Part shown: positions 12,846 through 24,431 of the stretch, piece after piece
How the letters are laid out: every line of letters starts with the position of its first letter
How positions within the stretch are numbered: position 1 is the first letter of the stretch
Source: Trypethelium eluteriae
Taxonomy: Eukaryota
Length of the DNA stretch: 51,741 nucleotides
Reading direction: 5' to 3'
NCBI GenBank assembly: GCA_051942245.1
Contig: JAVECL010000106.1
Span: 1-51,741 of the forward strand
Position numbers and translations under genes: made by a program
Notes under the pieces: generated by a model
What the model was told of the DNA's origin: nothing
Seen by the model: only the letters and a program-made list of their open reading frames with translations
Database searches by the model: none

Positions 12846-14034
12846 ATGTTGAGTATCGCGTTAGTGGATACAAGCCACCCAGGAGCCATAGCTGCTACGG
12901 TTGTTATGCTAGCACTTCCAACTATTGCCGTGCCACTACGGAGCTACGTCCGATATTTCCTTCTCAATACGTGGAATTTGGCCGACTACTTCTCTGTTCT
13001 GGCGTGGGCCTGCTTGGTCATTATCGTGTCGATCGCTCTTGATTCCCTGGAATATGACTTTGGCGCTCACAGATATGCAATGCTCTACTCATTTGAAAAG
13101 TTAGCCAAGTTCAAGGAGCTCATTAATATTCAGCAACTGATATACATGCCTGCGATGCTGTTCACGAAGGTCGCCATCTTGATGCAGCTCAACGACATAT
13201 TTGTGACGCAAAGACATTCACGACGGTGGTGGATCCTACGGGGTTTGATTGTGGCAAACAGTATATTTTTCACCACCCTGCTGTTCGTTGAAATCTTCCA
13301 ATGTGTACCTCGCAAGAAGATCTGGGACTCGTCGGTGCGCGGCCATTGTCTCAATAATAGCAAGATCTTTGTTGCAATAGGAGTTATCAACGTAATCGAT
13401 GACTTTCTCATCTTGCTAAGTCCAATCTTGTGGATCATTAAGTTGCGCATGGATTCACGAAAGAAGCTTGGAATATGCGTTTTGTTTGCAACGGGTCTGT
13501 TGTAAGTCTGCGAACTCGACGTCTTGCGCCAAATTGCTAATTTAAATCGTTAGCGCTTGCATCTGCAGTATTATGAGACTTGTTGAGAGCATTAGGAATT
13601 TCAACAATGAGAATATCGCTTGGTCTTTCAGTTCCATCAGTTTATGGGCGGATGCTGAGCTCTCAAGCGGTCTGTTTGTCTGCTGTCTTCCGGTACTTCC
13701 ACGTCTTTTCAAGGGCTCTGCCAATAAGCCTCAAAAAGATAGTGGAGGCGGCTCGGGAGCTCCTTTCTTCCGGAGATTCCGAGAAGTTAGACAATTCCGG
13801 CAGCCCTTCGTAGGGACGACAAAGTGCGATGACCCAACCGAAAGTCTGAATTCGGAGGACTCACAAACAGTCCTCTTGCCTGTGTCAGCACCAGAAATGA
13901 GATCAGTCTCGGTACTAATGGGTGACCTCGAGCAAGGGTTCGGAGAATTGAGACAACCTCCTCAGGCGCAGAGGAACTCCAAATCTCAGATTATTCGCAC
14001 TGTATCGATACATCAGGCCAGCACCTCCCTGTGA
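12846..14034 (+). CDS. PTH11-like integral membrane protein (fungal rhodopsin-like domain, no CFEM)
   Basis: Intron at about 13503-13552. About 7 hydrophobic helices, with LRSYVR, ADY, GAH, TKVAIL, FQCVPRKKIWD...GHC, NVIDDFLILLSP, KKLG..LFATGLFAC..SIMRL and WADAE...CCLP. Confidence 0.85.
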
Positions 14035-14523
14035 CTCGAACATTAGAATAGAATAATGACTAAAACCGGTGAAGAGGGAGCTAATTTGTGCTCTTCGACA
14101 TCCCAGGATCGGCAATTCTGTAACGCTCGAAGCTAGATGAAGAGGGCCTTTTCATAGAATGGTGCAGGTGGTTGGGCTTCATAAGCTCGAGGCTCTGCTA
14201 TTTGCGCACTTTCATCAAGCTGGATGTACTGATGTATTATATAGAAATAGACACTGCCAAAGCAATATTCTTTCAGGAGTAGCTTAGGCTTCCAAATTCG
14301 AGTCACCAAGAGTGAAGCAGAACATCCGGTGTTAGTTTGTCAGACGGATCAGCAGTCGGAGATGGCGAGTGGATGTATAGAGGTAGAGACTTTCAGTTAA
14401 GATATTTGAAGGTTTAGAGATGGGGAAAGGCGTCGGCGTAGTATCACGAGAAATTCATGCAACGTTTTTGATGAAGAGAGAAAAGGCGAAGAATGAGATA
14501 CGATATTCGTACATGGTATCATT

Positions 14524-15800
14524 TCAAAACCAGTCAGGGAAATCAAGATCGATCTCCAACTTCCGCCTCCTTCTCCGATACCTCCAATCTCTCGACTTGA
14601 GTAAACTCAAGCGTTCCGGTGCGCCTGTGCCTGGATTGTCTGGTTCGGGCACTGGAGTCGTGGGAGGGGTAGGCTCGTTTCTTCGTCTCGGCTTCAAGAT
14701 CAATAAGATGAACATCGCCATAACGATGAGGAGCAATAGTAGAATGACCTTCCGCTTGGTCGTCCGTTTCTGGTAACCTGTGGCAACCGTCAACTCTTCG
14801 TCGGCTGCCTTGACGTCCGTAGCCATGCGCTCCACGTTGTAGTCGATCCGATCCAACATGCTGCCCTGATCAATGACCATTGTCTGTAGCTCCTGAAAGA
14901 TGTTCGCCAGTTCGATTATGCCTTGTGCAATGTCCTCGATCTCGCGCTCACGCTGAGCAATCATAGTATCGTTCACGTTCGTGTGCCGTTTCTTCTGTGC
15001 AGTCTGAAGCAAAGTGGATTGTGAGAAGGAGCGGTCGGCGTCTGACTCCATGAGTGAAGGATCGGTGTAAGGGTTCTGTACTGGAGTTGACGATCTTTCT
15101 AGAGGTGAAGCCATGCCACCGAGATTTCGAAGCTCTACAGATAGTTAGATCTCAAATGCCAGATAATGCATTGCTGAATAAAAGACACACTCTTGAGGTA
15201 TGCAGACTGCTTCTTGCGAAACAGTGCGCTGACTTCGCCTACTCGAGAGGCGAGCGAGATTTTCAAGTTCCTTGCCATTGTCTCTTCTCCCTTGCCAAGG
15301 CTTCCTTGACGAGCAGATTCCTTTACCATAGGGTCAACCCGCTGTACGGCTTTTTGACAGTTCTGAAAGCCGCGAGTGATCTCTTGTGTAAGTTTCTCAA
15401 TATCCCGCTCCTCCCGTTTCTTGACGTCTTCATCATCGAAGCCTGGCAATACATGTTTTTGGTGAAGCTGATCTAAACGTTTCATTTGTTGGGCCACGGT
15501 GCTGAGAAGATCTGTAACCTCATCCTGTATATCCAACCACCGAGGCGGGAGTAGGTCCATCTCTATCACCGCATCGCCATCGTCCTCGTATGCACCTTTG
15601 GACATAAGCCCTCGGCGCTCCTCCGGCACGGAACCTCCATCGCCGTAGCCATTGGCAGTCGAGCCGCCGACATGGGATTTCTGGGTCAGATGATGGTTGT
15701 AAGACTGCCGGTAAGATATGTATCTGTGGCTGCGGGGTTAGTGCTAAGACTTTGCAAGGAAGTTTTTGAGGACAGACAAATTAGTACGATCACGCCACAT
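14524..15800 (-). CDS. TLG2: Qa-SNARE Tlg2 / syntaxin-16
   Basis: N-peptide MWRDRTNL|YISYRQ, LPPRW, KHVLPGFDD, SNARE motif QREREIEDIAQGIIELANIFQELQTMVIDQGSMLDRIDYN, C-terminal TM helix. Two introns. Confidence 0.93.
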
Positions 15801-16299
15801 GGCGCGCTTTGGGTGTTGGAGCACTCAGGTCATGGATTGGTGAAGAGCCCACGAGCAGGGCGCTACAAGACAATGGCATCTGCAGGTGTTGACATGGAGA
15901 GGACAAGCATACAAAAGAGGAGAGAGGCAGTGAGTGGACACTGAAGAATGGTGGGAGATGAAGTCAATTTCCGCGGGTAGTAATTGGACAGGCGCGGCGG
16001 TTGAGCATTTCATCATCTGCTAAGTAGACGTTCCGATTCCCCCGAGCAGACGATCACGTGCCTGCCAGCTTTGGAGACCTTGCTGTGTTGCGTTCAGCTC
16101 GAAGCCCGAGCGCGCGGGCCCGCAAAACAGCCCTGGCGAGAGCCTTCTCTGTCGCTGCCTGAAGCAGCTGTCATTCCCCCCTCCACAACCTCAACCACCA
16201 CACTTACACTCTTCCTCCTCACCTAGCTCGCCTGTTGCTTGTCGTTCCAGTCTTCATACCAACAGTGTTTGTCCATCGGAGTCGAGATAATCTACTACA

Positions 16300-17117
<818 letters not shown>

Positions 17118-17659
17118 CCATATGGGGCTCTGCGGTCGATGACGAAAAGGGGGTGGTAGAAATTTGGGGCAAAGGCTGCAAGCCATTCCCGCAAATTACG
17201 ATTCCAAAGAATCTACGGTTCCCTTCAGTGGTCTCTTGCAATAAATGGCATGGTTTCTCCCACCTTATGTGCGGCTATGGGCCAAGATATCCTCCTCGTT
17301 TCTATTGAAGGCAATTTCTATTCTTCGAGTTCTTTCTATACACAGACTTCTTTTCTGCCTTTGATGAGCTTCGCCTGAGGGATGATGCAGCGTTCTGCCC
17401 CCTTTGGCACGCTCAGGTTACATAGCAGCTACACATGCCCTTGGGGTCCTCTCTCTGAAGTGGATTGCTGCAGGTTCCAATAGATACTATTTTTTTTCCC
17501 CGCTTGATTGGGATCTTACTGTTGTTCCTACTCACTCCGAATAGACAATCCCGTAAAATTCGCTCGGACCCAAGCTCCTGCCAATATTCTGTACCAGCAG
17601 AGTTGAAAGCGAGACAAAGATACCGGAGCAGCGACCCTCGTATTCAGAGCCCCACTGCG

Positions 17660-19579
17660 TTAGATTCGAACTTTTTCCACCTTAGCGGTCCCTATCCAAT
17701 CGACGTCCCCGTTGGCTGTTCTCTGTTTGAGGTCAAAAAGACTATCAATGAAGGCCGGAATGAATGTTCCCGGTCCTTTGACATCCTCCCTAACTGCAGC
17801 CCGCTCAGCAGCGATCTCGTACATCAGAATGCCTGCAATTGCCGCGAGCAGCTTGTCATCCGGATGGGTGGCCAGGAATGCGGCAACCGTTGTTCCCAGA
17901 GTACAACCGCTACCCGTGATGTTACCGAGATACTCGTGGCCATTGGAAATCGCAAAAGTGCGTACTCCGTCGCTAATGTAGTCGGTTGGTCCAGTCATAA
18001 GAATGACATTTCTTTCACGTAATGCCACTTTTTTCACTAGGTGTGCCTTTGCATACCCGGTCAATGTACTTGTCCCGCTATCTACCCCTCGTTGATGATT
18101 GTTTGTACCGGATACGGTCTTAATCTCACCTTCGTTGCCTTTGATGACATCGAAATAGCCACATGCCATCATCTGCTTGACTCCATTTCTTCGTTGCTCA
18201 GTGGCGCCGGCGCCGACCGGATCGAAGAGTGTTGAGCCCCCCAAAGCATTGTATGCTCGAAGAGCTTTGGAGTAATTCACAAACCCCTCCGGAGTTGATG
18301 TCCCCATATTAATGACAAGAGCACCTCCAAGCTTTGCCAGATCCCCAGCTTCATCGCCGTTGTTAGACATGATGGGGCTTGCGCCGCTGAAACGGGTCAG
18401 TGTCACTCTCACGTCTATTACATCTCAGACTTACATGGCCAACGCCACGTTAGCGGCAAAATTCTGCACGACCAGGTTTGTCATGTTATGACACAGAGGG
18501 TTTTGCTCTCCAAGACGTTCCACGATCGCAGGGACTTGCGCAAGAATATCTGCAGATGTAGTACTAGGTGGTACAGACTGAGAAGCAAATGGCGGCGGTG
18601 TTTTGACCAGTCCGCGCAGCTGCTTTGCTGCTGCCAAAGGGTCTTTCGCAGCCATTATAGCGCTAACGACTGCGACTCCATCCAGACGCCGCTCTGGTGA
18701 TGCTGACTGGTAGAGTACACGCTGCATGTTTCCAGCGTTGATGCCTCCAATGCAGACAGTCTTCAAACATTCGCTCGCACTTGCGAGGAAGTTGAGGATC
18801 TCTCGCGTACCCGCAGTACCAATGATAGATTTGACGTTCTCCTTTCTGTTCTCCGTTAGCTTCCGAAGTTTTGTTTCACTAAGAATGGAAAGGCAGTACG
18901 TGGGTGTAGCGAAAACGGTGCCGATCCCCAAATAATTGGCTCCTCCATCTGCAGCTCTCCGAGCTTCTTCAACAGATGATACTGTCACGCCAATGATTAT
19001 GTCGTCGCCAAGTATGCGGCGAGCAGAAGCCAAGTCTGAACTCTGTATCAGTCTCAGGAAATTATTCGAAGAGATGCGACTTCCATGTCCGGTGCCACGC
19101 GTTTAGGCAAGGTAATTTGCTATATTTTCCGGGACGAATAAAAGGAAAAGGAAAAGAATTGATTTTCATTCCTATTTCTACTAACGAAGATATGACATGC
19201 ATGATTTGGAATCTAGGAGGTAAAGAGATAATTGCCCTACCCATATCATCCTGCCCGATATGAACACCCTCTGCACCGACGGCAAGGGCGACATCAACTC
19301 TATCATTGATAAGCAGAGGTACGCCATGAGTTCTGGTGACGCTGTGCAACTGTTTAGCAGTTTCGATAAGGTCTGCGGTTTCACTCGTCTTATCTCGATA
19401 CTGCACGACCGAGACGCCTGATCGCCAGGTCAACGGGCAGCACTACATGGTTGAGGGTATGCAAGAGACATGCCTCCTTCAACAGCAGAACGAACGATGT
19501 CCACCAGGTTGCGGTCACCCAGGATGGGCTTCGTCGAATCAGTCACGAGATAAAGGGAGTAGTCCAGCTGCATGGTCAT
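17660..19579 (-). CDS. THI6: Bifunctional thiamine-phosphate synthase / hydroxyethylthiazole kinase
   Basis: ThiE part: DYSLYLVTD, VQYRDK, LLINDRVDVALA..AEGVHIGQDD, YLGIGTVFATPT. ThiM part: HNMTNLVVQNFAAN, VINMGT, FDPVGAGAT, IKGNEGEI, ITGSGCTLG. Four introns. Start at 19579 or 19573. Confidence 0.95.
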
Positions 19580-20243
19580 ACTCCGGACATGTGCTCGCAG
19601 TACCACAAGCAACAGTTCTAGACCAGTGAGACGCTTGATGGATGTCGAATGACCAATGAATCAATAGAATGGCACTAATGAGTGAGACGGGATTCTGCCG
19701 GGGAGGAAAATTCACGTGGAGTGCGTCATTACGACGAAAAGATCAATGTGGCCATTGTTGAGTCCAACTCTGGCGATGGTGAGTGAACGCGTACCCACAA
19801 ACTCATAGCTTGCGTGTCAAAGTTTGATGCAGTCGACCAGCAACCAGACTCCATTTGCGACTTTGTCAGCAGAATTCGCTGTCAGATTGCTGCAGTAAAA
19901 TTGTGGGAAGGGGCAGTGAGAGTCGGAGTTCTGGCTGAGACTATTGCGAGGCACGTGCAGGCAGCCAACAGGGCCTTTGGTCAGACTCGAGCGTTAAAGT
20001 TCCGCCTTCATCTGTCTTCCTCCTACCTTTTATTTTTCCTCCACCACATTCATCCGCTTGTCTGCAATCTGCTGCACTCGACGTCTATCCATCAAGACTA
20101 CCTCCGAAAGTGTGTGCCTTCCGTCGATAAAGCCTGCCCGTCTGCGTACGAACGGTCAGCGTCTACTTTCTCGGCCTACACAATCAGCCCAGCATCTTAC
20201 CCACAAAGCCGCCATCAGCTCGACAAAGCACATTGCGGTGTTT

Positions 20244-20491
20244 ATGTATTCGTCCCGCGCCCACCATTTCAGTCACGATCCTCCTCCCGAGCTGCGAGCG
20301 TTTCGCACCTTGCGCAGACCTTGTAGCGGTTACCATAGTGCAAACGGCTAACCTGGCTTCCTTACGTCTCTCGACCACTAACAAAAAGCAATTTGCGATC
20401 ACTGTGTGATCTGTAATACTGCATGTCTTCATCTTTCAGGCAGCTCTCTCTTGCCTCACTAAGCATCCCATACCCAGCCTCGCAGATTTAA
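20244..20491 (+). promoter_or_regulatory. Two upstream ORFs with poor-context AUGs in the eIF5 5' leader
   Basis: TTT-ATG-T at 20244 (35 aa, stop 20351) and TGC-ATG-T at 20423 (22 aa, stop 20491). These are the only ATGs in about 500 nt upstream of the main ACC-ATG at 20519. Confidence 0.75.
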
Positions 20492-20518
20492 GCAAAACTC
20501 CTTTCCAATACCACCACC

Positions 20519-21949
20519 ATGACTACCATCAACATTCGTCGTGTATGAACTCCCAGTCAATTCCCTCCACATGGTAATGTATACTGATATATTCTAGGAT
20601 GTCACCGACCCCTTCTATCGTTACAAGATGGAGCGTCTCCAGTCCAAGATTGAAGGCAAGGGGAATGGTATCAAGACCGTCGTCGCCAACCTGAGCAGCG
20701 TCGCCAACTCGCTTGCCCGTCCTCCTTCCTGTCAGTCCAGTCCGTGTCATATCATTGTTTCAATTTTCTAACCATACATTGTGCAATAGATATCATTAAG
20801 TACTTTGGATTTGAACTCGGAGCCCAGACCAACAATAACCCCAATGATGACCGCTGGATCATCAACGGTGCTCATGACGCTGGCAAACTTCAAGACTATC
20901 TAGATGGATTCATCAACAAATTCGTCCTCTGCAAGAAGTGCAAGAATCCTGAAACTGATGTCAATATCAAAGACGGTCGCATCTTCCTCGACTGCAAGGC
21001 CTGTGGTCAACGTTCCGAAACCGACCCTCGCCTCAAGCTCAGCTCTTTCATCCTCAAGAACCAACCCAAGAAAGGTAAAAAGGATAAGTCCACCAAGAAA
21101 GCCGAGCGCAAGGCCCGCAAGGAAGCCGAGGCCAGCGGAGACCACGACGAGGGTGCCAACGGCAATGGTAACGGCAGCGGCGGCAACAGCCCCGGCGAGA
21201 GCGGCTCGGACCACGGCGGCTCCGACGCCAACGGTGATGTCGAGCTCGAAGCGGGCAGCGACGATGAGTTCACTCGGCGCATCGCAGCCGAAGCCAAGGA
21301 AATCGATATCGTTGAGGACGCCAAAGAAGTCGAATGGTCGGTCGACACGTCTGAAGCCGCGGTCAAAGCGCGCCAGAAGGATCTGCCGGACGAGCTGAAA
21401 CGCACGCTTGTCATCAATGGTGGCGATGCTGATGACGATGGCGAAGGGGGCACGAATACTGCCTATGATCAGCTTGGCAGCTGGATTGGCACTGCTGCGG
21501 CAGAGGCTGGTGGTGTTGGCAAGGTCAGCGATGTGGATATCTATCGCAAGGCACAGGAACTCGGCATCGAGAAGAAGCACCGTACCCTCACTGTGCTTGC
21601 GCAGACTGTCTTCGATGACGCCATCGTCAAGCAGATTGAACCCCGTGCTGGCATGCTGCGCAAGATGATCGACGGTAGTGATCGGCACCAGAAGGCCTTG
21701 CTGGGTGGCACCGAACGCTTCGTGGGAATCGAGAAGCCGAACTTGGTACCGCAGGTCTCCGCCATCTTGATGAAGTACTACGACAATGACGTCGTCACGG
21801 AAGAGGTCCTGAAGAGTTGGGGGACGAAGGCGAGTAAGAAATATGTTGATCTGTCGACGAGCAAGAAGGTCAGGAAGTCAGCGGAAAAGTTCATGGAATG
21901 GCTTGAGAATGCGGAGAGTGATGAGGATGAGGACGATGACGACGAGTAG
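20519..21949 (+). CDS. TIF5: Eukaryotic translation initiation factor 5
   Basis: [35 protein letters not shown]...[17 protein letters not shown], zinc ribbon [12 protein letters not shown]...CKACG, and C-terminal W2 domain [14 protein letters not shown]. Two introns. Confidence 0.97.
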
Positions 21950-22580
21950 GTGCTTGGAAGGATTGCATCTTCGTCATCGCTGGTTGTGCATTGCTTCATA
22001 TGGTTGTTTCTCCCCTCCGAGCATAAGGTCTTTGTTACTTCAACGTGTTTCAGTCCTTCCCCTGACTTTGGTGTTGTTTCTGCCCCACTCTAACCCCTTT
22101 CCCCCCTTTTCTTGCAATGGTCATCTGGCATGGAAAATTCTTGAGTTGTATTCAGTTGCTTTGGCTGGCTTTGTACTTCTGGACTCGGCTCCCATTAAAA
22201 GCCACATTGAATTAAGCTATCGTTCCCACCGTCTTTCCCTTCCCTTGGCTTTTCGCAAGCACAGCGAAAGCCGCTTGATCCGAGTATTCTGCCCAACTTC
22301 GTGGAATCTTACTCTTTTATCTCTGGGCTTCATTCGCTGACGCGGTGTAAATCTGTACTTCCGAACGGTAGTGTTCAGAGTAGAGCAAAGGTCATCCCAG
22401 ACCCATGCAGCGAGCATACTCCGCACTTTATGGCTTAACAAAACTCAGAACGAACTTCGCGTGCAGCACAACCTCAACCCACTGCAACACTTGTAGACAC
22501 CTGTGTCTGACGGGGTTCGCTATTAATGACGGCACCCCAAACCAGATACCCGTCCCGTCCCGTCATTAATGTAAGTCTTC

Positions 22581-24187
22581 CTACCACGCCGTGATATCCT
22601 CCACTTCCGCCTCCCCAAACGTACTGCCTTTCACCACGCACAACCCCTCCCCCCCAGCTCCGACATCCTCCCCAGCCGCCGCCATCCTCGGCTCCCTCGC
22701 CATAATATCCTCCAACTCCCGCTCCAGGAACTCCACCAAGTGCGCATTCACTTGCCGGAACTCAAGCAGAAACGCATCGTGCCCCTCACTACTATCGATA
22801 GTCTTGAGCAACGCGCCGGGAATCGCCGCCGCAAGCTCCTGCTGCTCAGCAAAAGTGAAGAGGCCATCAGACTCGATGCCGAGAATGAGCGCCGGCTGGG
22901 CAATCTGCGAGAGAGCGACGCGGAGGGCTTCCTCGGGAGACGCGGCGGTCGAGGCGGGGACGCGGCCGCGCGAGATGTCGTGCGTGTCGAGCTTGCGCGT
23001 GATGGCGATGTAGCAGTTGGCGTCGAAGCGGGCGATGAATTTCGAGCCCTGGTAGCGGAGGTAGGACTGCGCGGAGAAGTAGGTCGGCGCGGGTTTGCGG
23101 GGGTCGGAGGAGGAGGCAGTTCGACGGGGAGGCGAGGTGGAGAGGGGCGTGGTGCCGTGGAATTGGGGGTCCATGACTGTGGGGACGTCGTTGTTGTTGG
23201 AGGCGGAGGGACGGAGGGAGGTGGTGCTGTTGACGCGTGAGGGTCGGGGAGAGCCGGCGTTGCGGTGGCCGTCGTTGTGGATGGCGAAGTGCTCGTTCGT
23301 AGGGGTGGAGGGCCTGTCAGAGCCGTTGATATTCTGGCGGCGGGATGGATCGGGGATGTTGCGTCCGAAGCGTGCTTCGAAGGAGTTGCGGCTGCGGTAG
23401 GTGAGGAGAGCAGACATGCGCGCTGCAGCGAGACCTGTAGACGGGGGGTCGTCGAAGGAGTAGTATCCGTCCTCGTATTTTGGGTCGCTATAGATGCTCT
23501 GCCGTTGAGCTTCTCCCCAGCTTATTCCCCATGCGCTATATCGTGCAGATGTTGCGATTGGGATAATAGTCCTCACGTAATCCTTTCCGAAATATGCGAA
23601 TTCTAAGATCAACATGCCTCCCATCGAACCTCCGACCACAGCTGCGATTTGACGTACGCCCAGATCGTCAAGCAGGGCTTTGAATATATTAACATCGTCT
23701 CGTATTGTGGTAAGGGGGAATTCTGGGCCGTAGTGGCCTTTTGCAGGATCTCCATCGATGTTTGTGACCGGGCTGGCGCTGCCGTAGGGACTCCCGAGAC
23801 TGTTTATGCAGATAACGAAGAATCTTGAGACATCGAAAGCCTTGCCAGGTCCACCGAGAAGAGGTCCCCACCAATCGCCCACATCTGCGCTGCCTGTCAA
23901 GGCATGACATATAATCATAGCATTGTCGGCCTCTGGAGCAAGAGCACCGTACGTCTTGTATGCGATTGGAACATTACGAAGGGTAACGCCAGACTCAAGG
24001 GTGAAGGATGGAATGATAGCAATTGACTGGTCCGGAATGAGTTTTGAGAATGGATTTTCTGGCTGCGTAGAGACTCTTTCTGCGAAGAGGAATGAGCAGA
24101 TGAGATGTGAAAAGAAAGGAAGACGAATCACAAACTGAATTTCTGGTAATGTGTCACGCCATTGGCGTTCTGCGCCTCCCCCATCAT
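22581..24187 (-). CDS. MET2: Homoserine O-acetyltransferase
   Basis: First exon MMGEAQNANGVTHYQKF, then an intron at about 24080-24135. Motifs CHALTGSAD..DWW, GGSMGG (nucleophile), SYLRYQG.KF..RFDANCY, SDGLF and GHDAFLLE. Confidence 0.95.
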
Positions 24188-24339
24188 GCCCTTAGAAATG
24201 GGTCTCGACTGTAGACGCTACCTGGACATCGTGGAATTGATGGTGTCGAGCGAGAAAAACTCTCGTTCGCCATGATTCATCGGCGCGATGATGCACTAAC
24301 CGCGAACCCTGCCCTCAGGCAGGCTTGGGTGGCGCGACT

Positions 24340-24346
24340 TCACGTG
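24340..24346. promoter_or_regulatory. TCACGTG E-box (Cbf1-type bHLH site) about 150 bp upstream of MET2
   Basis: Exact match to the Cbf1 core known from yeast MET promoters. The same motif is common elsewhere in this window, so specificity is weak. Confidence 0.35.
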
Positions 24347-24431
24347 GGTGGGAATGTGAATGGTGGGGCTGCGGGGCAAAATTTGTGCGCAGCAATTTAC
24401 GTACATCAGCCTCCTAACTTTGAGTACGCTA

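Noticed and set aside
19036..19240. TPP riboswitch in the long THI6 intron
   Set aside because: CTGAGA occurs near the branch site, but the downstream aptamer core (AUACC...CUUGAU...GGAUAAU.CCAGCG) is absent.
20900..21688. 262-aa antisense ORF and other overlapping ORFs in eIF5
   Set aside because: Shadow ORFs caused by biased codon usage; the same applies to 22591-23606 (MET2) and 30073-30774 (VPS17).
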